A stretch of DNA of 53,547 bases from Nemertoderma westbladi (Eukaryota; Animalia; Xenacoelomorpha), in the NCBI GenBank assembly GCA_032718475.1, contig JAUCBJ010005497.1, positions 1 through 53,547 of the forward strand, read 5' to 3'. Made by a program: the position numbers and the translations under genes. This document shows, in pieces, positions 37,287-47,900 of this stretch (its first letter is position 1; every line of letters begins with the position of its first letter). The notes under the pieces were generated by a model, which was not told the origin of the DNA, did not search any database, and saw only the letters and a list, made by a program, of their open reading frames with translations.

Positions 37287-37799
37287 CTATTTGTTCTCAA
37301 CACCGCCAGCGGATACTTGGGCCACCTTGCAGCAACAAAGCCGGCAGTAAACAAATATAAGTTGAGCCACAACCATAAACAAGACCAGTATCCAAAAACA
37401 CAAACTTATAAGAATAATATCCTCGCATTTACCGGCTGACGGGTTACTCGAAACAAAAACAATACATTCCGTCATCCCGCGTGCAGTAGCGTGAACAATA
37501 CTGCCAAAGTCGACACAAATTAAGCCAATATGCATACCTTTTAAGGCTTGGGCAGTTGCCCCTTCTTCTGACATCTTACTAAGAATGATACCCATCAATC
37601 CCGCTACAGCTAGCATGAAGCCTCCCCAGACTCCCGCCCAGCTATTCAAGCTGTCGCAACCTGGAACATTCATTCCCAACACGTAAAGAACAAACAATAT
37701 CATTCCAGTAGGGATCATGGCTCGCCCTAGATTTCTGTTTTCCTTTTCCCATCGCCATTGGGGTAAATAAACAGGAGCGGGTGTTCCAATTTGAGCCAT
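37287..37799 (-). CDS. Intronless four-TM membrane protein, MS4A/CD20-like (170 aa from the first ATG)
   Basis: Four hydrophobic segments; WAGVWGGFMLAVAGLMGII resembles the MS4A TM2 W-G-G...G motif; Cys-rich juxtamembrane tail YCRLCCC. Confidence 0.65.
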   Translation of the reverse strand: MAQIGTPAPVYLPQWRWEKENRNLGRAMIPTGMILFVLYVLGMNVPGCDSLNSWAGVWGGFMLAVAGLMGIILSKMSEEGATAQALKGMHIGLICVDFGSIVHATARGMTECIVFVSSNPSAGKCEDIILISLCFWILVLFMVVAQLIFVYCRLCCCKVAQVSAGGVENK

Positions 37800-38589
37800 T
37801 GTGTTAACTCCGGCCTGTTTGTAGTAAAGTTCTACGATCGAATTATTGACCAATAGATATTTTAAATAGTTCGTTAATACGATATAAAAAGTTAAATGGT
37901 GTTTTAATTTTAACTAAGGTACTATACTGTAGATACATTGTGTGTAATGGTGTATTGGTATGTGAATGTAGGCTACTTGGGTAATTGTAGGCCTATGGGT
38001 ACAGTACAGGCCTCTGTCTACCATGTCCTCATTCCATGCCTTGTTCATTTAAAGTAAATTCATAATAATACTCAATAAACAATACACTGAGTATAATGTA
38101 ATGCAGTGTGCCACACCCAACATTCAATCGTAAAAGGCTGCAATGCGATGCGAGAAAGATTGTAATATTCAACTAATTTGAATCTGAACCAAACTGCATA
38201 TTGTATAATACTGTAGGAGAAATTTTTTATTTATATGACAATCGAGGAGATGCAGTTGGCAGTGTTGTATAATAGTTTCATAGCAACAACATTAGGCCTA
38301 CTGTACCTGTACGAACAACTACAGTATAGGCCTAAATATCCAATCGCAGGCCCGGATAACATCCTATGACGTATTGGCTCTGCTCATGAAGTATGAATAA
38401 TATCATAGATCAATAAACTATCGGCATACAGGAAATGTATAGGCCAAGTGTATGCCATTCAGTATAAATAGCCTACAGTCAAGATAAGATACAGTATGAC
38501 CCTTTTGTTTCACTGCCAACCTCAAGATATTGATTATATTTAATTAAATGAGTTTGTTTTGTGGTCTGATTCTCGGACTTAATGATAAA

Positions 38590-39201
38590 TGTTACGGTAT
38601 ATGGCGCTGTATCCACATATATTAGTCATTATGCAGTATGCAATATTAGTCGTTATACTGTACACAATATTAGTCCGTTATACTGTATGTAATATTAGTC
38701 CGTTGTGCAGCATAATATTTTAGATAAGGCATAATAACGCAATGATATTTAGATAGAGAAATCGAAACACCCATATATTTGAATCCATCCATTTTGTATA
38801 GTATGTAGCCCTACCTACGTAATTTTGTATTAGGATATATGTAGATAGTTCCAGGGTAGCGAGTTTATTCGGACCCTGGATTTTGTGCTTGCTGATATTA
38901 GTTTGATAGGGCTAGCATATAGGGACGCTGTCCTGGCCATTCAGCAGCCAGAGACGTGAACCATTACCATATATGGTAATAATTCGAGGTTTGGGCAGGC
39001 AATAGGACTACAATCCGGCCTCCTTATTGGATTAACTGCTTCCAGGTTGGTCTAATGCTAGCGCGGACTGGAGAGCCAATAGGAGAGCGATTGAGTCACC
39101 CTATTGCATCACCCCATCCGGATCACCTATAAATTGGCGGTGTGCCGGTAGAGCCTCACATGACACCTCACATGATCTGCTATCATCTTTGTACTTGCTG
39201 A
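38590..39201 (+). repeat. 5' LTR of element 2 (minimum extent; true 3' end lies further right)
   Basis: Matches 52936-53547 with no difference found by eye. Confidence 0.93.
39076..39133 (+). promoter_or_regulatory. Candidate LTR promoter (CCAAT box about 50 bp upstream of TATAAA)
   Basis: CCAAT at about 39076 and TATAAA at 39128-39133 in U3 position; repeated in the 3' LTR. Confidence 0.5.
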
Positions 39202-41948
39202 GCTGTCCCTATTCAATTTTGACGGATATTTTAGTGTATTTTCTGCAATTTGCTAATTTTGATTAATTTCTTGGAATGATTTGCTAGTGCGATTACTCTC
39301 GATTGTGTTTCTCAATTAATTCCTTCGATTACTGCTAATTACAACTGAACTATGATTTCTACTTTTTGATTAATGGTTCTATGTGATTCCTTTCTGCGCA
39401 ATAATCCTAAGGGATTTCTGAGACTGTCAGACTTTGTGATTTTGCATGCGCCGCTACGGTAGCTATTAGCATAATGGAGGGCTAAGGTGCCAGTAGGCGG
39501 TGGGCTCATCGGGGGGTTAGCGACGAAGGGAGAGCGGAGGATTCAAAGGCGGGCAACGCTGGCGGGGGTCAACGTTGCGGTCGGGCAATTTGGACTGTGG
39601 GTTGGAGACCGCTCGCTGGTACAGTAATTAGGGGGCTGATGATCCAGGTTTTGTCTCTATTTAGTATTAGGGGGGCAGGAATTGGGTTAGTTAGGAAGCC
39701 TAGATGTACCCGGGAGGGGCCTGCATACCTTACAGTAAGTAAGTAAGTTGCGAGTAAGTAGATTGCGAATTAGTCAATTGCGAATTATTATGTTGCGAAT
39801 TATATAATTGCAGATTGTATAATTGCAAGTTGTACTGTTGTGATCTGTGATTGCTGACGCTGATTGGTGTGTTACTGAAGTGTGCCTGTGATTACGAATG
39901 CTTAGGTAGGCACCCTTTCCCTTTTGATTGATTTCTATTTCTTAGTTACAACAAATAATTACTGATTAGGTCAAAGTAATACGGCATTTTAGGCTATTAC
40001 TAGTGAAACCTGTTGTGTAATAAATTAGAATTACGCATTCTGGAACTCTTAGTAATTAGTGCGCTGTTACATATTTGTGACTGTAATTAATTAGTAAAAT
40101 TAAGAATTAGTACGCAGCATAGCGGAGAGTAGCTAAGGTAATAATTTAGAGTACCGTAAACTATTCACGCTAAGCGGTTATTTGCATTAGCGGGCAATAA
40201 ACTAGATCGCAGTAGTCAGTACGCAAGACACTAGTAAGTTGCTGGCCTAAAGCCAGCTGCAGGCAAGTTTAGACCCAGAGCGGTATCACCCACGAAAGAC
40301 ATTGTACTGTACCAATTTTGATTATTTTAAATATTCTCGCATTCACACATTCCGTCTGTCCGTTGGGGAACCCTCAGTATTCGCGATTAGAAAAGACGTA
40401 GGCAATTAGCGTACTTCAACAGTAGTAAAATTAGGCGTAAGAATATACTCTGAGTGCAAAGCCCCTCGCACTCGTCTTAAGTAAGCTTAGGGAGCCGACT
40501 CGGGTTTATTGTTTTGGTTATTCCCGCGTGGCTCATAGATTCGAACAGTTAGCTCTCTATCGAGCGATCGGTAGAGAAAGGAACAAGCGATTTTGCTGGA
40601 GTTGTGTAAAATTAGTAAATATATTAGCGGACGGCAGATTAGCGCCATCTAACGGTAAGTAGCGGTTTTGTATTTAGCAACCCTTACAATTTAGTAATAT
40701 CACGCTCCTGAGCCCCTTTACTTAACAGTAGAGCAGTCTTTGTGTCTTATTGGTTAGACGAGAACTTATTAGGTTGGCAGAGAGGTATACGGGTATTTGT
40801 CTGTTCAACAGTTCTGCTGTTAGTATAGGTGTCGCGGTTGTTTAACAGTAAGGTATGTTTTGTTTGCTGTAGGCTGTAGCGTACAGTAGAACATTGAGTA
40901 TATTCTTTTAGGCTGTTAGTTTAGATTACTGTATTCACTGGCCGCGTACAATAGTACAGTAGTACATTAGGCTGATTGTTGTTACTGCGTACGGTAGAAG
41001 GGACATTTGTTTTGCCGTACCACATACAGTATCATTAGGCTGTTAGGTTGGTGTACTGTTTTACTTACTGTACTGCATACAGTGGATGTACGGTAGTGCG
41101 TTTTGCTAATTGCGAATACAGCAGTTCCTTAGGCCTTAGGGCAAATTGTAATTAGTAAGTTTTTTGAAAATTTTAGCTAGGTTTGCGAGAATTCAGTTTC
41201 GGTCAAAATTATTTTGTAAAATTCTAGAGTTTTGTACCGGTATGTTAGGTAACCGCTTAGTTATTTTATACCATCTGGAGATACATGGCAAGACGGAACT
41301 TCTGAGTTTGGGGTTCGTGTGGGTCTGCGGGTTCGGTTTGCAATCAGCGAAGGGACTGAATCTTTGGACGCGGACGTGGAATCTCACAGCAAACAAGGTT
41401 AGTTGTTCTGTTGGCACCATTGTGTTTGTGGAAGCACTAAGCAGTAAAAAATTATCGGTTGTTTAACTGCGAAGCTGAACTCAATTTATTAGTTAGGTTA
41501 TTTAGGTTTAGCCGGCCATGGTTTTTTGAATCGCTCAAGTTAGAGAGAGAGATAGAGAGAGTCGCAACCCGAAGATGTAGCCACGCGCTAGTGGATACAT
41601 ATAATATTTGAAATTAAAATTACGTTGATTAGAGCTATATATAAAATTAGAAATATTCGGGTGGCAAGTTTATTTTGAATATTTTGTATTAGATTCAAAG
41701 TTATTTTGTGCTATACCGGTATTTAATGCTATATAATAGCTATATAATAATATTTTGTTTAAATATTGTGCTAGTATTTGCTATAACTATATACCCCATT
41801 AAATTCACAATATTGCATTGCGAATTTATTTGACATTTTGGACCAACTGATATTAGACAAATAATTTGACCGTATTTCGGTTAAATTATAATTATATCTC
41901 GAACCTTTGCGAGATATTTTTGCCGGAAGGCAAAACATTATTTAGACT

Positions 41949-44900
41949 ATGAGTGTCTCAGACAAGGAGGCACTAGAGGACAGCTACGAGACGGCGGCTG
42001 GACCGCCGACTGACGATAGCGTAAACATTACTGTTGATGACAATGCCGACTATGACGACGCAGCGAGCGACGCTGACGTAAGTGAACAGGAGGACGAGAC
42101 AGTGACTAGTGAGGAAGAAGAACTACCTCAGGTAATAGTATTAGGATCCCCTACCGCTACTGTAAGGAAGGATTGTACAGCAACCCGGACAGAGGTGAGT
42201 GATAGGGAGGGTAGTGTAGCAGAAGCGAGAGCCCGGAGCCCGGTTTCCAGACCTGTGGGTATGGTAAGTGCCGTGGTCCCAGCGGCTGTTAGGAGTACCC
42301 GTAGTTCCCGAAATAATCCTTCAAGTCCACCGAGTGTGAGTCAGGTAAGTGATAGAGAGTTCGACACTGCGATAAAGAAGAAACTTCGCGCGCACGCCGG
42401 ACATATAACACGGACGGCGGACAAGGTAAGGAAAATGTTAGCCGACTTAGCGAACATCGGGAGGGTAGAGTTAGTAGAGATTAGAAGAGGATACAACTCA
42501 GCGTTATTCAAGCAGACGGAGGAGCTTGCAGTCCTAGCAAAGAAGGCAGTAGAGTCTCAGTCGAGCGACGTGGCGACGAGGATTTACGACAGGGTTTTAG
42601 CAGCCTTGTTGGAGCACCGCGAGTTATCGGAGCGATTCCGACGAGTTAGGACGGAGAACTGGCTGCTATGGGCATCACAAGCGCAGGCGACTCAAGTGAG
42701 TGACGCAGAGTTGAGAGACTTAGTGGAGCGAGAAGAGATCCAAGATAAAGAGGAGCGCCGTTATCAAAGGGAAGTTACTAGCTGGCTGATGCAGAATGGA
42801 GTGGTGGTACCGGGCCAGGTGCTACCGACGACGGAGAACATCCAACAGAGGACGTTGACTCCACCCGACGATGCATCCAGAGACAGCGGCGATTCCCAGG
42901 TTAGTCACGCGCGAGGGAAGGTTATATGTGCTAGATCCCTTGTTTCTCACAACTCGGCGGAGGAGAGAAGACGCCGACTGGACGAACAACAGGCGGAAGT
43001 TTTGCGTGCATCGGAAGCACGGAAGGAAGCCGAACGAGAAAGGGAGCGAACACGTAAGTTAGATGCAAAGTTGCGGGAGTTGGAAGAGAAAGGTAAGCGT
43101 GAGCAAGCGGAACGCGAACAGAAGGAACGCGAACTCCAACTTGAACGCGAACAGAAGGAACGCGAACTCCAACTTGAACGCGAACGAGAAGCGAAGAAAC
43201 GCGAATTCCAACTTGAACGCGAACGTAAGGAACGCGAACTCGAGATCGAGAAAGAGCGACAAGCGTTGTATGAAGAAAAGGCGCGTGTGGAAGAAGAGAG
43301 CGCAGCGAGACGAGCGAGGGAAGAAGAAGAACGTAAATTGGCGCAGTTGGAAAGTGCGAGATTAAGTTTAGAGAGCGAAGAACGGACTAGGAAGGCGAAC
43401 GAAATCGCCGAGAAGGGGATGCGAATGATCGAAGAATGTGGGGCGAGTGTAGGGACCGAGTTGCGAGAACTGTTCGCACTGCAGAAGGCCGAACAGGAAG
43501 CGAGAACTCCGACCATACGCGAGTCGACGACGACCAGAATTCCTATACCCGGTCCAGCTATTACGAGTACACGGATCGCTAAACCGTTCTCTACATATCG
43601 CACACCAGTTGGTATTAGTGCTTCACCTATCGCGCAGGATCCACGGCATCAGAACACCGCTCCACTATACACCGAACGCGACAACGAAGAATTTAGAGAA
43701 GAAACTCCGACGGGCCGAGTATTGGGCGAACCGAACCCGCGGGTTTGGAATACGCGGACGGAGCGCCGACCCAGTTCGACGGAGAACTTCCGGGTTAAAC
43801 CGGAAGAGGGATCATATGAGAGACAGCGAATTACTCAGATAGAGCCGACTATACAACAGAACCCTAGCCAGGAATTTATTACGAGGGATGAGTTAAGTGC
43901 TAGTTTAGCGCAAGCTATATCGCCGCACATCCAACCTATAACGGACATGCTTAGCAACCTACGGTTAAAGGAAGCAGCCCAGGTAAGAAGTAATTCTAAT
44001 CCTAGCAGGCCTGAGTTAGATAAGGTCCAGCCTAGTCAACGAGTACGCATATCGGAGGAGACTATACCACATAGACCTCAGGTAAGGACGCCTGTCCCGA
44101 ATATTCATAATCCCAATTTCGAAAATTCGGCTGAGAAATTTATACAAGAAGCTTGGGTCAGGGCCGCGCGCAAACCATCGCGAGCGCTAAGGACTGACAC
44201 TGAGTCAAGCGATGAAGAGGAAGACATGAGACGTCAGAAGTCCCGAAACTATAAGGAAAGAAGGACCGACGCGGAGCAGGTAAGTTGGAACCACCGGGAA
44301 AGGACCAGACTTAACAACCCTGCGGAACTAAACCATTTGTTAACCCGGAACGACGCAACCCTTAGAGACATAGGTAAGTTTGCTGCTAGGCAAGGACTGC
44401 CGACGCAACAACCCCAGAAGTTTATGGGCAACCATAAGCATTGGAGGACCTTCAAAACCTATGTCGACGAGCAGCTAACCAACAGCACCTTTACTCCCAA
44501 CGAGAAGTTCAACTATTTGCTTCAGATGCTCCATCGAGAACCTAGAGCCATTGCTGATAACTTCGTCGGCAACGAAAGAGCATTCGAGTTAGCGATGAAG
44601 ACGCTTAGTGACATCTACGGGAATAAAACCAAGATGGCGCAGTCGATAGTAGAAGACTTGGGTAAGGGCGGAAGGATTACAACTCCGTTAGAGCTGTTGA
44701 ACTTAGCGAACGCTATTTCGAACGCATTAGACATCTTGAGGACGGTGAATCTACCTCATCATGGTGATCACGCCGAAGTTTTAAAGAGCGTAATAAGACG
44801 TCTAAACATGCGTTATCGACAGAAATGGCGCAAATTAGAGAATAAGTTGGAGGGCCAAGGTAAGGTGTTGACACTTCAGCATATTCATGACATGATAGCC

Positions 44901-47900
44901 ACAGACGCAGTAGCAGAGATGAAATCAAACTTCTCAGAAGAGAATATGAGGGAGTCTAAACCTGTTACCGGTAAGTCTATGGTAAGTTTTGACGATGACA
45001 GGACCACTGTGACTTATAACTCAGTAGACAGATATAATTCGAATACCCCAGCCTTTAGATCAGACTCGCGAGTATGGTCAGGTGAGCGGTTAGATAGACC
45101 TAGGTTAAAGCAACAGGAGTTGCCGGATGGATTTGTAGGTTGCCAATACTGTTTACTAAAGGAGGTAAGATCTGACGACCATAAGTTAGATAGTTGCAGA
45201 CGGTTCAAAGAATTAAATTCGGAACAGAGAAGAGTTCAAGTGCGGACGTTGGACACCTGTTGGGCATGTCTTGCGCCAGGCCATGTACGGCGGCAGTGCC
45301 CGAACAGCAAGGACGGATGCATGGAATGCGGCAGACTACATCACAAGTTGCTACATGCGGATTTCCACACCCCAACGGACCGTTACTTACAGCGAAATCC
45401 TCACAGGAAGGGGAGCAAAGAACCCGTATCGATAAGGAGAAATACGTATACCGGCATCCAGGACGATGGTTACCAACCAGGTTCGTCGGACGAAGATGGC
45501 GAGTCGAGCGCGAGAGAAGTGACCTGCCAAGGTTTCACTGCGGATAGTTCATCGACCCGCGCGCGGACGTATTTATCATCGGCCACGTCGGAAATATTTA
45601 GCGTGATTCCGGTGAAACTCACTGGCGATAAGGGATCGAAGCGGATATATGTGATGTTGGACACTGCGTCCACATTATCGTATATCGACGAGGAAGTGGC
45701 GAGAGCTATTTCTAGCTTCCAGGACGCCGAGGAGATCCAAATAGAGTTGAAGTCTATGCACGGAGTAGGAGACCTCAAGGGACACAGAATTTCGGTGGAA
45801 CTAGATTCCCTACTTCCGAGAGACCAACACACTCGACAAGAACGGAAAGCTTTGCCATTGGACGGATTTAAGTGTCTAGCTATGAAGGGATTCGGCAGGC
45901 AGTTAGGTAAGGTGCCGCCGATGAGTCCCATAGCACAGGAGTATTTTGACAAGCTCAGGATACCGAGACACCAGGTAGGTTATAGGAATGTTTCTATGTT
46001 GATTGGTGCAGAACAGCTGATCGCACACCAAATATGGGAAACGAGACCAGCTGAGCCGCATGTCAATGGACCACATGCCCACAGGACTATATTAGGTTGG
46101 TATACACGAGTACCCATGTCTTATGAGTTTACAGGTGGCGACAAGCCAATGGACAGATACGACGAATTACAGCCTATAACTCAACCACCGTTAGTAGAAC
46201 CACCAGACATAGACGAGTTTAGGAGAACCTGTATTGACCACTATAGTGACTTTAGCGAGTCGGACGAGGAGTTGATTCCCGATAATGTTAGGTTGTCGGA
46301 ACCACTTCATAACGACCGGACAGATAGTGAACCCGAGGACTGCTGTTATCAGACCCGTGGGTCTGGTTCAGCGGCCCACGCTACCTATTTAAGTAACGTT
46401 TTGACTTATACCGACATAGTGGAGGGTCAAGTGGCTAAATATCGAGACCTCGACATTTTCCAATACAGTGAGGAGGAATTACAGAAGGAATTGATACGCC
46501 AGGACCTCGAGACAGGAGCCAGAACCGTCGAATGGCTGGATAGGGACGCAATGGAACCCGGTGGATATGACCTAGCCATGTCTACTGATGAAAAACGGTC
46601 GCTGGAGATGATGGAAGATACCATACGTCTGCTACCGACTGGACATTTTGAAGTTGGAATGTTGTGGCGTCGACAACCACCTAAGTTGGAGAACAACTAC
46701 AACTTAGCCTTGAAAAGATTGAACGGAGTAAGGGCTCGGTTGTTGAAGAATCCAGACATTAGGGAGAAGTATTGCGCCCAGATCAACAACTATTTCGCCA
46801 AGGGATTTGCTGGGAAGGTAGAGGACCCTGACTTAGTGACAGACCAGACTTATTACCTTCCACACCACTATGTGACTCACCCTGACAAGCCAGACAAAGT
46901 CCGAGTAGTCAACGACTGCGCAGCAGTCTATAGAGGTATGTCCCTGAATTCAGAGTTGATGGATGGTCCCAACCTGAATAACTATTTGATTGGAATACTG
47001 TTGCGTTTTAGACAGCGGCGATTCGCATTTACTTGTGACATCGAGGCGATGTTCCACCAGGTAAGAGCCTGTAAGGCAGACCAGGATAGCCTTCGCTTTC
47101 TCTGGTACGAGAATGAAGACTTATCCGGCCCAGTGGTTACATACCAAATGTACGTTAGAATATTTGGCGCCCGCGATAGTCCGAATGGCACGCTGTTCGT
47201 TTTAAAGAAAACGGCAACAGCCCAGATTGGTAAGTATCCAGTAGAAGTAATCGAGTCCATCTTGAGAAACTTCTATATGGACGACGGATTGGTGTCCAAG
47301 GACACGGCGGAACAAGCCATAGAAGTGGCTCACGGCCTGCAGGAGTGCTTGGCTACAGGGGGATTTCCTCTGACCAAGTTCACTACCAATTCGGAGGCCC
47401 TATTAGAGTCGTTCCCGGTGAAAGATCGCGGGAGCGGAGACATAGAATTGGGGGTAGAACCAATCCCCATGGCGCGAGTACTGGGACTCGCTTGGAACCC
47501 GAACTCAGATAAGTTCCAGGTAAGAGTTAGATTTGAGCCCAGTAGCCCAGACAAAGTTTTGACAAAGAGGATTTGCTTATCGACATTAAGTAGACTATTT
47601 GACCCGATGAACTTTATCAGTCCGGTAATATTACAGGCACGAGCGTGCATGAGGAAAATTTGGTTGTCCGACGTAGAGTGGGACGAACCAATATCTCCTA
47701 TACATGCAAAGCAGTGGAGAGAGTGGGAAGCCGAGTTACATCTATTGAAAAACATAGATGTACCCCGCTCCTACTTCCCGAATCAGCTGGTATTCCCAGC
47801 TGATTTAGAGCTCCACCTATTTAGTGACGCAAGTGACACCGGCTTTGGTATGGTAGCCTACCTTCGCCGAGAGGTAAGTCAGGACAAATTTGAGACGGCT

